In this document: piece after piece, positions 12,578 through 25,900 of the stretch | Layout of the letters: every line of letters starts with the position of its first letter | How positions within the stretch are numbered: the stretch's first letter is position 1 | Source: Eledone cirrhosa | Lineage: Eukaryota | Assembly: GCA_964016885.1 (NCBI GenBank) | Contig: OZ024741.1 | Span: 168,330,001 to 168,394,000 of the forward strand | Direction: 5' to 3' | DNA length: 64,000 bases | Notes under the pieces: generated by a model | Databases searched by the model: none | What the model was told of the DNA's origin: nothing | The model's input: only the letters and a program-made list of their open reading frames with translations | Program-made: the position numbers and the translations under genes

Positions 12578-12630
12578 AAAAACTTTTGATGTATTAAAGG
12601 ATTCTTTGTTTTACTCTCTTAATATATTTA

Positions 12631-12685
<55 letters not shown>

Positions 12686-12876
12686 GTATGTATATATGTG
12701 TTTGTGTATTTATGTGTATGTGTATGTATATTTATGTGTATATATAAATATATATGTGTGTGTGTGTTTATATACTTATATATTTATTATCTTTTTCTCT
12801 CCTTCCTTCAGCCTCTCTTTCATATTCCTCATATTTTTGTTTTCAAATACACATTCAATAAAAACACCAGGATTTT

Positions 12877-12934
12877 TTCATTCCGATGACTGAAAGCAAA
12901 TTTGTTTACTTTGAAGAAACCACAGGTAAATGAA
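12877..12934 (+). ncRNA. Hammerhead-like motif, family F (core CCGATGA)
   Basis: TTCATT-CCGATGA-...AAAG..CTTT..-GAAA-CC aca GGT-A-AATGAA; perfect 6-bp stem I, 3-bp stem III, U4C change. Confidence 0.65.
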
Positions 12935-12984
12935 ATAATTATCTTATGTTGTTTATTACATAACTATTATATATATATATAAAT

Positions 12985-13660
12985 TAGACAGTAGAAGTCG
13001 CATTGATAGACATATTTTTCAAATGCAAGCGAGTGCTATAGAAGTGGTGGATAGCTTCCGGTACCTAGGAGATCAGTATCTAGAATAAGGTACCTAGGAG
13101 ACCATAGTATCTAGAATAAGGACGGGTTGGAAGAAGTTTAGGGAGCTGCTTCCTCTGCTGATGAAGAAGAGTTTCTCCCTGCATATGAAAGGCCGGTTAT
13201 ATGATGCCCATGTGAGGAGCGCGATGCTACATGGTAGTGAGACATGGGCAGCAACTGCAGAGGATATGCGATGGCTGGAGAGAAATGAGGCAAGCATGCT
13301 CCTTTGGATGTGCAATGTCAATGTGTGTGAACGACCCAGCATGGATGTGTTGAGAGAGAAACTGTGTCTGAGAGGGATAGAATGTAGTGTGCGAGAGAGA
13401 AGACTGAGGTGGTATGGACATGTGATGCGCATGGAGGATGACCGATGGGTGAAGAAGTGCCAGGAAATGCCAGTTGAAGGAAGACGTTTGTAGAGGTAGA
13501 CCACGAAAAACATGGGTGGAGGTGGTGAGAACAGACCTCAGATCACTGAAGCTCACGGTGGAGATGACGAAGGACGGTGACAAGTGGAGAGATGTTGTGC
13601 TGAATAAGACCCGTCCCACCCTTGAAAGCAGGGAAAAGCGGACGTAAAATGATGATGATA
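12985..13660 (+). mobile_element. RTE LINE 3' fragment, subfamily with short 3'-UTR
   Basis: KGRLYDAHVRSAMLHGSETW...RRLRWYGHVMRM; ends CCGTCCCACCCTTG..AGCAGGGAAAAGCGGACGTAAAA(TGA)n. Confidence 0.9.
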
Positions 13661-14114
13661 TATATATAGAGAGAGTGAGACTTATACATAGTTATATATA
13701 TATTCATACACATACTTACATACATATATATAATATATATATATATACACACATATATATATGTATGCATACATATATATAATATATATATATATACACA
13801 CATATATATATGTATGTATGTAAGTAAGTATGTGTATATCATTTTGTCTAAGTGTATATATGTATATATATATATAAATGGATTTATTGAATATCAGTAT
13901 CAACCATTTATTGAAATTAGATTTTTATGTACTTACTAGAATATATTTACTTATAATTCATTTTGGAATAATTGTTTTTCCCATGAGTTTTTACAGAACT
14001 TGTTTCTTTTTAGAACATTTAAGTATATATAATAGAAAGGCAAGTGTTCTATTCCTTGGAGTCTGAGCTGAGGAAAAATGATAAGAGAAAAGATCAAGGT
14101 ATACAAACATACAC

Positions 14115-14472
14115 ATGACCACATCGGTAGAGGGTCGGACATGCTTTCCACCATAGTTATGTTCCTTTACGATCTGAGTTTAAATCCCGCCAAGGTTAAC
14201 TTTGCCTTTCACCCTTACGGGGCCAGTAAAATAAAATACTTGTAATGTACTGGGTAATTGCTGGCCTTGTGCCAAAAGTAGAAACAATTATCATATATCG
14301 GCAGAGAGTCGGACGCCATGCTTTGACGCATAGAGTTACGGCCCTTGCCATTCGGAGTTCAAATCGCGCCGAGGTTAACTTTGCCTTTCATCCTTATGGA
14401 GGTCGATAAAATAAAGTACCAGTAATGCACTGGGTAATTGCTGGTCTTGTGCCAAAAGTAGAAACAATTATC
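14115..14472 (+). mobile_element. Two tandem copies of a second tRNA-derived SINE (Nin/Inv-like central domain)
   Basis: GAGTTCAAATC box B; TTTGCCTTTCATCCTTA..GGTCGATAAAATAAAGTACCAG; ends GGCCTTGTGCCAAAAGTAGAAAC. The domain name comes from recalled similarity only. Confidence 0.75.
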
Positions 14473-14578
14473 ATAATTTTTAGAGCAACTTTTCCATATT
14501 GCCATGGGTTAGATGGGACTTTTTGAAGAAGTGCTTTACAGCCAGATGTATTTCTTGATATCAATTCTTTTAGTTGCT

Positions 14579-14628
14579 TGTGTACTAATGTGTACTAATG
14601 TGTACTATGTGTACTAATGTGTACTAAT
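14579..14628. repeat. Minisatellite (TGTGTACTAA) x5
   Basis: Seen directly. Confidence 0.9.
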
Positions 14629-14674
14629 TTTAAACCAGGGATACATATGAGTTATATGTATATATATATATGAT

Positions 14675-14990
14675 GATGATGATGGCTGCAACTCGATTTC
14701 AAGTAATGCCATCGCTTGATACTTAAGCATCTTGGATGATGGCTAGGGACTTGCCTATGGCCAGCAATGACATGCCTCACAAAAAATATGACATATCAAG
14801 CGATGCCTGTGCTTGAAGCTTTTTTTAAGTCAGGAAAGGCTTTTCATGGGGCCAATCCCTCTCTCTGAAAATCAAATGCATTTACCCAAAAAGTAGAACT
14901 GGTCTATATCATTGGATACAAAGTTGCAGGTTTTATATCAGAGTGACCTTCTCCTAGAGAGATGTCTTAATGAAGACTAGGAGTCTCTTG
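14675..14990. repeat. Unclassified interspersed repeat; second copy at 59693-59987
   Basis: Shared GATGGC.GCAACTC.ATTTC.AGTAATGCCATCGCTTGATACTT ... TTCTCCTAGAG.GATG.CTTA. Confidence 0.7.
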
Positions 14991-15299
14991 CTCCATAAAA
15001 AAGAAAGAAAGAAAGAAAAAAGTGTGTGGCTTAGTGTTTAGATTGTAAGGATGGAAATTTGATTCCCATTAGTATGTTGTGTCCCTGAGCCAGGCAGTTT
15101 ATCTCAGCTTGATAAAATGAATTGTAGCTCTATTTTAGAGGGTCACTCTTGCAACATTGTGTCAAAATGAATCTTTTTTTGATAACTATGTTATGAGATG
15201 AGTACATGTGTCTGTGGAATGCTAAACTACTTGTACATTAATTTCATGAGCAAGTTGTTCCATTTTTTAAACAACTGGAACATTCATTTTAAGAACCAA

Positions 15300-15352
<53 letters not shown>

Positions 15353-17903
15353 TAGACAATAATCCATGAACAAGACTGTAATGACAGACAGAAATTTTAC
15401 TACAAATTCAGAGAAAATCCTCCAAATACTCAATAATGCATGGCAAAATATTGGAGACAATGTGGGAAGGTTCATTTAACTTGCAGTGAATGAGACAATG
15501 CCTGGTGTCATAATAGAATGTATCCTCTCTGTAAAAACCAAGACAACATAGAGTAAATAGAACTCTTTGAATCTTCTGAGTACCTGACAATCTTTCTAAC
15601 AATACACTGTAAAGTGGTTCACAATCATACAGCGACAATATAGGGTAGTGAGGACTTTTCAATTTGGTTGGGCATGTGACAATCTCTTTAGTGCATCCAG
15701 TATACTCTGTAAATTGGTAGTGCTGGTGCTCTGAAAAAACGCACCCAGTACATTCTTGCTGGCATGGGTTGGACAGATTGTCACATCCTGAGACTTGGCA
15801 AGCTGGATGATCATGTCTTGCTCATATATTTTAGTTTCTCACAGTTTCTATGGTTAGAAGACCTTCCTTATATAAACCATGTTACATCGTATACTGAGTG
15901 TATTTTTCATAGCACCAGTACTACTGCTTTACAAAATATACTGGGTGCATTTTATCGTAGTATGAATGCTACCATGTATAGAGTGTACTAGGTGCATTCC
16001 ACTGTGGAATTAGCACTCGAGGTTAAGTGAAAATAGTAAATATTTTAATGGATGCTTTCAAGGTCATTAGAAATCCTGTTGCATTCAAAAATAACAAAAT
16101 CCCATAATTGCTGAACATTGATCTTGTTTTCTACTTGTTTTATATATTTATTTTTTAGGTTTAATTAAATCTCATTTGTAATTAAATATTTACAATGTGA
16201 GAAAGGAACATTATTGAAGCAAGAAAATTCAATTAAAATCAATTATTCATAAAGGTGTAAAGAAGTGAAAGGTAGAGTTTCCACTTTCCACAGCTAGAAT
16301 ACCAACATGAGGTATAATAAAGAAAATTCCATGTATTCTTTCCAGTGATTTGTAAAGGGGAATGACTCAGAGGTTACGGTGCTAGGCTCATTTCACATTT
16401 CTTCAGTTCACTTAGCTAGTTGCAAAGACACTGGTGCCAAACTGTACTGGCCTTTGCTTTTCTCTTAGACAACATCATATATAGTTTATATATCATTTAT
16501 AGGGCACATACTTTATATAGTATATATACAATGTATGAGCTACTAAAATACATTTGTCCAGCTGTATAAGTCTTTGACTTTCCCTTGGGCCACATCAATA
16601 CCATGGAGAAGGAAGGTATGTATACATGGGTGACAGTTAGTCTTCCACAAAATACTTAGCTTAGGCATGTGCGTTGAGGTGGCAAACCCATGGTCAGTCA
16701 GCTGTAGTTGCATAACCCATGGGCAATCATGAACAATTATATTTTTAATCATGATTATGTGTCAAATTATGAAGGTGCATAGTTTAGTACTTCAGATGTT
16801 TGACTCCTAATTGTAAAGTCTTGAAAGTTGGTTCCCAAAATGGTTTGTGCATTGCGCCGTTGAGCAAAATACTTTATTTCACATTGCTCCAGTCCACTCA
16901 GCTGCAAAAATAATAATAATAATAAATTCAAAGAGCCAAACTTATGACAAACACACACACACACAGTCATGCTGAATCTTCCTGAGAACTACATTAAGGA
17001 TACACATGTCTGTAGAATGCTTAAGTATTTGCACATTGATTTCACAACCAGGCCAAGGCAGAATACATTTGCATTGTGCCCTGGGATGAAAATTTCATCG
17101 AAGTATAATATATTATATATGGTAGTAAAAAATGTATTTGAGGCTCTTTAACATTTATATTACTCTATATATACTATTGTACTGTCACAGTAAAGACTTT
17201 ACCTCACATAGTCATCTCACATAATATCGAATCTATAAGATTTCGATATTTATTTTGAGAACAATACCTTAACATGAGTATGAGTGGCCAGTTACAGCCA
17301 GTTTGAACAGAAAGAAGTGAGAGAATTCTGGACAGATATTGCTGTTTTAAATGCTAATTGGTTACATATCTTGGCGCCCATGGCTAGAACCATCCCTTGA
17401 TCCACAACTATGAGCAGGCTGTTGTAGGCTGTTCCATTGGTCGAACAGTTGGAATACTCATCATTGGAACTATGGAAGTCCAACAACCAGTCAAACCATT
17501 AATGGCTGTTTATTGAAAAGGAAGATATAACACAAGCTTATCCTTATCTTTGCAATGAGTAATCCTCTGCTGTAAAACCACATGATAATATAGTGATAGA
17601 TAATGTCCATGGACACACAGAAAACATCTAATAACACCGCCCCATTCATTACGAAGTTACGAAGCTATGACAGCAATTAAGTGGCTTTCAAAATAATGTA
17701 AAAATGCTGGATTTCCTAGCTTAGTATATTCATATCAGCAAAATTGATTGGCTATGGTGTGGGCTGGTCTATAATGATGATAAAAGATATGCGTGTGTGT
17801 ATGTACATATACACCTACACACATAACATAAATATATAGTGTGTGTATGCAGTGTGCTTACATGTATGAAAACAGTAATAATTATATTTGTTCTGAATTG
17901 TAG

Positions 17904-17971
17904 GAAGTATTTTTGCTTATGCTACTATCATCACCATTAGAATGGCCATTGGCCATTGTGTATGTTGCTAA
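17904..17971 (+). CDS. Candidate terminal coding exon (G)SIFAYATIITIRMAIGHCVCC*
   Basis: AG acceptor at 17902-17903, hydrophobic peptide ending in CVCC, non-repetitive AT-rich downstream sequence with AATAAA at 18391 and 18435. No protein recognised. Confidence 0.25.
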
Positions 17972-18738
17972 TGGTGATGAAAATGATGCTTTGATGACTT
18001 TGAAGTGAATGATGTTGACATTTATAACAATGATATTTTCGATGAGGAAGACACAAAAGTACATAATAACATTTTAAATTGCTTATACATGTAGTTCGTT
18101 TATGAGCGCTGGTTTTGTGATTGGTCAGGTTAAGCCATGGAGAGTAGATTTTCTATCCATCCAGTGATTTTGTTTAAGTTCACATTCATAAAAATCAGCT
18201 TTCGTTATCCTACCAATAATAGCTGAAAATGTTTCTAAGTTTATCCTTAAATGTAACCAATTTCCATGCATAAATGGTACAAAGCTTATATAAACCATAG
18301 ATTAAATTCCTTGAGATTACACGTTCCTTCAATGTCAATTTAATGAATACAATGATGATGTTTCTTTTTTTGTTGCATTAAACGACAGTCAATAAAGTTT
18401 TATACTCAATGGTAAAGGTATATAAATGTGATGCAATAAAGAGTTGTTATTCATTTTGTAACATGCATTTGCTATTTTCACTAGAACTAGAATCCATCTA
18501 AATTCCCACATATATTAACCTTTAGTGTCATTCTCAACGAATTCATATAATTTGAAACCTTCTATTGATCTATTCTAATTTGTCTTTCACCATATCTTCC
18601 TTCCTTTAGTTGTTTATATTCTCTATGTGTCCCTACAAGGAGATACAATATAATTCATGATTGTTCACATAATTACTAAGTAAATATTTGTTTTTTGATA
18701 ATAACTAAAAAAAAAAATGTTATCGCTCAACATGGCTG

Positions 18739-18814
18739 AATACAATAAATGTAATGTGAGTTTTTCGAATATTATTATTAATATTCGAAAAACTCAGATT
18801 ACATTTATTGTATT
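18739..18814. repeat. Near-perfect palindrome, 35-bp arms
   Basis: AATACAATAAATGTAATGTGAGTTTTTCGAATATT attatt AATATTCGAAAAACTCAGATTACATTTATTGTATT. Confidence 0.85.
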
Positions 18815-19679
18815 TTGATAAATATGTCTAATTTATAAATTAATTAACAGTTTTAATACCAAACTACCTGAAATGCCCTGGATTTATGATACAAAACAAC
18901 TCATTTTTAAATTAAAATCTTCCATCATGATTTTATTATTTAAATAATTGTTAAATAATGTTCTAAATATTAGAAATTTAGTTTATTAAATTCTTCCAAA
19001 TTTATTACTATTTTCAAAAATAATAGCAGCAACACCTGGGCAGTGTATTTCATCAGAAATATTGTAGTGAAAGTGTTAGCTATAACATATAATATATGAG
19101 AAAGCATGAGGCTTAGTGGTTAGGGTATTTGAATCACAACTGTAAAGTCAGAAGTTCAATTCCCAGCAGTGTGCTTTGTTCTTGAGCCTGACACTTTAAT
19201 TCACGTTGACCCAGTCTACTCAGCGGGCAAAGATGATCAACTAAGTGGGCAAACCTGTAACAACTGGAACACACTTTGTTAGAACTCATGGAAGTTCACT
19301 AGAAAATGTGCAAATGTATTTATTTATGAAGGAGTTATATAATTTTTACCTTTGATGACATCAGTACCAATATAAAACAGGATATCATTAGTAGGTGTTC
19401 CTTATTAACATTCCACATCAGACCACATGAAAAGGAGGTTCTCATGCCTTGCATAATGTACAAATTACTAGACATGTAGAATCATAAGTTATCACTAATT
19501 AGATGTCAATACTGTCTTTATTATGTGGGAATATATAATTAAGTTGCTTCAACTAATATTGTATCTAATTACTTCACTTATAATTTCTTTCATTTATTTA
19601 TGTTAAACTAACATTTCTTGCTGATATTTAATTGCATATCACATCTGCCATTCCCACCGCTCTCAAATATGATTCTCAT

Positions 19680-20335
19680 CATCCGGTAGCCACGGAGTAG
19701 GCAGACCCAGAAAAACATGGGACGAGCTGATAAATTCCGACCTCACACGCTTACACCTCTCCAAGACAATGTCACTGGACCGAGACCTTTGGCGGTACTC
19801 AGTAATAGAGAAGACCCGCCTTACCTAAATACAAAGTAAAAACCTACTACAGTCAGTAGGCATCTCTATCAAAACACACCCCCGTCCCACCACCCTCCAC
19901 CCCACCCACACCGCCCCTTTCAATGTAAAGTTATGTTGGTCCCACAACATCCAGGCCGAAACAAATGAGATCGTGTAGGTGTCACGACAAAAAACACACA
20001 GTCCACGCTGTAAATGTGGCCGTGTAGGCAACACGGTAAAAACCTCCCAGCCCCACACTGTAAATGTAGTTGGTGTTAGGAAGGGCATCCAACTGTAGAA
20101 AACCCGCTAGACAGTCCACGCTGTAATGTGGCCGTGTAGGCAACACGGTAAAAACCTCCCAGCCCCACACTGTAAATGTGGTTGGTGCTAGGAAGGGCAT
20201 CCAACTGTAGAAAACCCGCCAGACAGTCCTATGCGAGCAAGACAACCACTCTTGCCTCAAGTGGGAAAACCCCCGTCCAAACCCATGCAAGCGTGGAACA
20301 CGGACGCTAAACCTGATGATGATGATGATGATCAT
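19680..20335 (+). mobile_element. RTE LINE 3' end with an internally duplicated UTR
   Basis: GVGRPRKTWDELI..DL C-terminus, tandem units, ~110-bp duplication (20000-20110 and 20110-20225), (GAT)n tail. Confidence 0.85.
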
Positions 20336-22914
20336 CATCATCATATATATATATATATTTTTTTTTTCCTCTCATCACCATGCTCACCATGAACCACCAG
20401 CAGATACTCTATGTGATGTCTCAACCTTACAGAAGGGGGTCACAATAATTCCCTCAAATTATTCCCTACTGACTTTAAATGATGCAAAATGAGTTTCAAT
20501 TATATGAGTATATATTGAGAAGTGGTCTAGTTCTTAGAACATTAGATATAATACATTAGTGTATTCATACAAATTATGCTGATCTCAGATTTAACTTTCA
20601 TTCTTGCAATGTTGCTAAATAAAATACCTGGAGTTGATTTTTCTACTATTTCTCTTCCAAACTTTACTTTTCTATCACTCTTTGGAAGAAATCAGCTGTG
20701 TTCAGACCGAGGAAAATAATGGGCTCCACTAAGTTTAAATGCTCAACAGACACTGTAGATCAGACTGGTGTCCTCATGACTCCATCATGAGTTCAAGACT
20801 CATGGACAAAGGACTGGAATATAGATATGACTATATTGTGTCTGTTAAAATTTGTTTTTATATGTTTCTGATGGATTCTTTAAGATAAGTAAATTGTAAA
20901 TAGGGATGCCAGTTTGATATAGATATTCATTTTTTCTCACTCTTTGGTTGATCAGATTGTCTTGATCACAGAAAAATATATTTCACTTCATTCATTTTAC
21001 TATATTCTGTGTTTTCTGATTTAACATTTCATGTATACCTTCATTAATATAAGAAGATGTTGCTCCATCATCAAAATATAGTTCTCAGTTTGTTGACAAC
21101 GCTAAAAAAATAATGAGCAAACATTGTATTATTTTCCTGGTTTCAGTTATTAGACAGTAGACACGCTGGAGCACAATATTGATGTAATCAATTATAAAGA
21201 TGCCAGTACTCATTTCATCAATTTCTTTCTTTTTTTTTAACTACTAAGTTATGAAACATAAACAGACATGAATACACACACACATGATGGGCTTCTGTAG
21301 TTTCTGTCCACCAAATTCCAATCCCAAGACATTGGTCTACCTGAGGCTATAGTAGAAGACACTTGCCCATGGTGCCTGTAGCTTGTCTAAACCTTGAACC
21401 ATGTGGTTGTGAAATGAATCTCTTAACCATTACAGTCATGCCTCTTCTTATGTTTGTTTGAGTTTACAAAAAAGAAGAAAAAGTACTTGATACAGAAGTA
21501 GCAGAGTTATTATTCATCTTAGTAATGTTGCTACTCAGAGTTTTGCAATTACAAATAACTGGCTCTATATACAACAGTTTCATAAATATTTCATATAAAC
21601 ATTTTATAAAATTCATTTTATATATATGTTTTATAAGTATCATCATATAACTCCATTTTAAAACAACTAATACTGGAAGATCGATGACACCCACACACCC
21701 ACACACACACACAAACACACACATACACACACACAAACACACATATATAAGTAGATTGATAAATTTATATTGATACAGGTAGTCAATTATTACAGTAAAT
21801 AGTTACAAGGGAGAAAAATAGAATAGATATACATACACATCTATACATATTTGTATAGAAAGACAGACATACACACACGCACACACACACACACATAAAG
21901 TGCACTTTCAGTCTTTCGGGCAACATATAAATATCAAAGATGTAGTCTTTCCACGTCTTTCACTAGACAACATTGACAGTTTTCTGTGGAGCTGTATTTT
22001 ATAGAGCTTGATGATACCGGAAAACTATTCTTAGTGTTAGTATGTGGATATCATAATGTCACCTGAAGGACTGCATCTGTCCAGAAACTGGTAATAGAAA
22101 TGGATTAAGAAATAAATTCAAACATATATTCCTTTCCTTTATGGTTATTAGGCTGCGGTCATGCTGGAGCACTGCCTTGATTTCATCATCATCATCATCA
22201 TAATCGTTTAACGTCCATCTTCCACGCTAGCATGGGTTTGGACGGGAATTTTTCCACTTGAGGCAAGATTGGTCGTCTTGCTCGTATAGGACTGTCTGGC
22301 GGGTTTTCTATGGCTGGATGCCCTTCCTAACACCAACCACGTTTATAGTGAGGACTGGGAGGTTTTTACCGTGTTACCTACATGGCCACATTACAGTCAT
22401 ATCAACACCATTTCTTATTTTTCCAAGTCTGGTACTTATTTTATCAACAGCTTTTTCATCAAACAGCAAAGTTATGGTACGTATATACAAATATAGACAC
22501 ACTCACATATATGATGGGTTTCTGTGATTTCCAACTACCAAATTCCTCTCACAAAGCATTGATCAACCAGAAGCTTATAGTAGAAAACACTTACTTAAAA
22601 CATCACATAATAGGACTGAACCCAGAACAATATGTTTGCAAAACAAATTTCTTATCCTCACATCTATGCCTGAGCCAATATGTATAGAAATTTAAAATAA
22701 GTATTTATGCTAGAACATATTTAATTACAATATTTCTTCAATCTTCAGATAAAGAGATAAAATTCTCTGAAATACATAAGGGTAATAATTTCTTGTTTCT
22801 TTCTTGTGTACAGAAGTGTAGCAGACATAATGTATTTATACTTCATTCTCTTCGTATCTTCACAGCAAAGGCTTCTAGTTTAATAAAACATTAAATCTTA
22901 TATATATATATATA

Positions 22915-23050
22915 TCAGAATGGATGCAGTAAAAGTCTTTTAGACCATTACTCACCAGAGTGCTCGATACTTGGGGTAGTAGAGTGCGGTAATATGAAAG
23001 AGTCAGGACCCTGACAGCTGAGGTCCTATCGTTTCAACAGCTAGTCGTAT
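22915..23050 (-). mobile_element. Single-arm relative of the 50770-50970 foldback element
   Basis: Reverse complement CTAGCTGTTGAAA..CTCAGCTGTCAGGGTCCTGACTCTTTCATATTACCGCACTCTACTACCCCAAGTATCGAGCACTCTGGTG matches 50839-50931. Confidence 0.75.
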
Positions 23051-23159
23051 CTATCTATATATATAAGATTCATACATGTGAGAGTTAAGATTGTATTATT
23101 ACAAAATGTGCTATATATTGCTTTTACATATTTGCTATTTTGTTGCACACAGGCTCAGC

Positions 23160-24225
23160 CCTGACATATCTAACACTTATGAGGGGCTTCTTAAAAGATA
23201 AATTATATTCTCAATTGCTGGAAACATTTAACCACGATTTTCTATTTATACAAGGAATAACTGCAAATGGTATTTCAACAAATGTTTATGTTTTGGAATA
23301 GAAACTAACAATATCTGAAAATTTCTGTTACCTTTTAAACAGGTTGCATGAATCAATAAAGTTTCCATTGGAATTGCATACAAAGGAACTGCCATTTCTA
23401 GATAATTCATTTGTCAAAAAGAAGAAAATATTAAAACAGATAAACATTACTATTTGTACTCTCAATCTTGTCATCCCTCATGTACAAAGAAGAACATGCC
23501 ATTCAATATGGCAATATTAATTTGCACCATAATAATAAGGCAATATTTCATGAAAAAGTATTACAAGAATTTAAAGTGTTTATTGAAAGACTAAAATACC
23601 CTGTTAACCCTCTCAAACAACTATTTTCAAGACCAAAAATATTCCAATTATAGAACTGAGAAGAAAATAAACAGAAGAAAATGAAAATGAACATACAAAT
23701 ATTCCTTTTGAAATCACTCATAAGAGCAACCACAATATTCTGAATGCCACTAAAAGATATCTGCCAATTTTTTACCAGTTCACTAAAATGAATGAACTAC
23801 TGACAGAATCACAGATAATTAGCAAGTGATGGCAAGCACAAAATCTAAAGAAACCATTAACTTCAGCAAGATTTACAGCAAAATGGGAAATAACTCAGAT
23901 TAAAAAGTGTCGTGACCATCATTGCAGAACGTGTATATATTGAAGAAGGTGAACAAATTATTTTAAAACCTAAGAACCATTTAAAATTAACTCAAGTGTG
24001 AATTGCAAATTGAAAATCATGATATATTGTTCTACTTGTTCACAATGAATATTATATTAGATAAACTGGAGCTAGGTTATATGGCAAAGTTCATAAATTG
24101 ATTTATTAAACCATGCTGTTATTTATTTATTTATTCATTCCTTTTTTAAGATATCTACAAAAAAAATGAACATTCTGAAAAGTGTAGAGGAGAATATTTT
24201 ATTAAAAGATATAAACCAAACTGAA
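23160..24225 (+). pseudogene. Decayed PLE (Neptune-like): RT C-terminal part plus GIY-YIG
   Basis: Manual translation: LLNRLHESIKFPLELHTKELPFLD (~23330-23403), KKCRDHHCRTC linker (~23902), IYCSTCSQ..YYI..TG, and FIKRYKP near 24200; many stops and frameshifts. Confidence 0.7.
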
Positions 24226-24479
24226 CAGAAGATAACCCTGTATTAAAAACAGTTTTTATAGTAATAGTATTTGAGCTATCAAAAATATTGCTAAAACAAT
24301 TTGAAAGTCATAGAGAACCAATGATGTCACCAAACACCATTACCACATCACATTATCAACACTCTACAGTTTGAAGACATAAACGATGGTTGAAAGAGCT
24401 AACATTTTAACATTTAATAACTGCAGGATTAAATGATCACCAGAAAAGTCTCATTATAATCATTTTCAACTATATACTA

Positions 24480-25110
24480 TTATGCCAAGGAACCTTTATT
24501 TCTATACCTATCTGAGAGATAAATAGATCTAATTAAGTACTGACTTTTTATTTCTATCTTTAGATTTATTTTAAGTGTTACTGTTTGGCATATATGTAAT
24601 CCGCTCCTCGAAACCACTAACACTAACGGCTTTATTGTAATATGGCACCGCCTTATTGGATATTTCTTTAGAAGATAAATTCGAGATTTTACAACTAATT
24701 TCATGGACCAAGATTTTAAATAATACTGGGGGTGGGGTAGGAGTTAATTTTTCATTAGGCTTATGGTAGGGTACCTATTTCAAAATCTAAATTAACATCT
24801 TAGAAATGTGTGTTAGTTAAGTTTAAGTTAGTATCAACGATTATGTGGAGACCTAATTCCTTAACAGTATGTATTAGGTCTTTACAGAACTTATCTAGGG
24901 AATGGTCATTGTTATTATGGGAGACCACCAGACCATCATCACAATATACGCGAATGCTGTGCTCTGTAAATTTCTTTTGAGGGTATACAGGATAAATAAT
25001 TCAAACAATCAGATATTTGTGCTGCCATAAAACCCCATCAAGACATCGAAAGTGTCCTCTGGGCTTGAATTTTTAACCCAAATAGACAGTAATGTGTTTA
25101 ACCAGAAAAC
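24480..25110 (-). pseudogene. Decayed PLE RT core (Naiad-like)
   Basis: Minus-strand motifs FDVLMGFYG, YCDDGL, KELGLHIIVDTN...F-DVNLD and VPYYNKAVSVSGF. Confidence 0.7.
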
Positions 25111-25254
25111 AGTAATGTGTTTTCTGGCATGCATAATTATCTCTAATTCCTGGTCATTAATTGGGCCGAATTCCTGAGCAAAGAGTAAAGCTCTATCTCT
25201 ATATATGTGTATATATATATATATATATTACCTCTGTTTGTTATTTCCTTGAAC

Positions 25255-25900
25255 TATATATATATATATACATATATAAAGAAGTAGAATTGCTTACTTT
25301 TTCATTCTTGAATGAATGTATATGAGCATAGTATCTTGTTTTAAATATATTGGTGAAGGCTCCGATATAATTGAATGATTTATTAGTAACTAGAACCTTC
25401 CATTTATACACTATATTACTTCTAAAGCATTCCCCTCTAAGGGGGCATGTGTCAGGAATCCTACAGTTACAATTATTTAGCAGATTTTTAACTAGATTTA
25501 TACATTTATTATTATCAACCTGTGCTATTGTTCTCATTATCTACGATTTCAGGCTGGTTCTAGTTTATATAAATTCATGTTCTTACAATTATTCATCGCT
25601 AAATATTCTGCTAAATTAGGTATAGTAAAGAAAGATAGTTTAAGGTTATTTTTGTTTATTATACTCTAGTAATTATGCCATTGGGAAAATTATGTTGTTT
25701 CAATTCACATTATTATAATTTGGTTTAGATATACATTTATGAGTAAAGATCTTATTATCATCTAATTTATATGTGAGGTTAAACCATATTTTATCATTAT
25801 AGCCTGATCTAGCCAGTGCTTCATTATAATATATAGCGTTTTGGTTGAAAATTTCTTTATTGGCTGATAGAAAGATAGTCTAAAAGGAAACTGATGATTC
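25255..25900 (-). pseudogene. Decayed PLE thumb plus GIY-YIG (Naiad-like)
   Basis: YYNEALARSGY..IWFN; CNCRIPDTCPLRGECFRSNIVYK...YIG...FKTRYYAHIHSF; truncated by (TA)n. Confidence 0.8.

Larger units (their letters stand above)
11425..12625 (-). mobile_element. Family A non-coding PLE-like element with an inverted partial pseudo-LTR
   Basis: Body 12420 to 11530 is homologous to 1-1160; 12420-12623 is an inverted copy of 11531-11735; ~100-bp tail at 11425-11530. Confidence 0.8.

Noticed and set aside
25241-25537. Possible selenocysteine recoding in the Naiad-like endonucleases (also 6372-6866)
   Set aside because: The linker cysteines are ordinary Cys codons; no in-frame TGA at a conserved Cys and no SECIS identified.
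24480-25900. Apparent endonuclease-before-RT (permuted) PLE
   Set aside because: Both fragments contain the same thumb motif and are separated by (TA)n, so they are two insertions.
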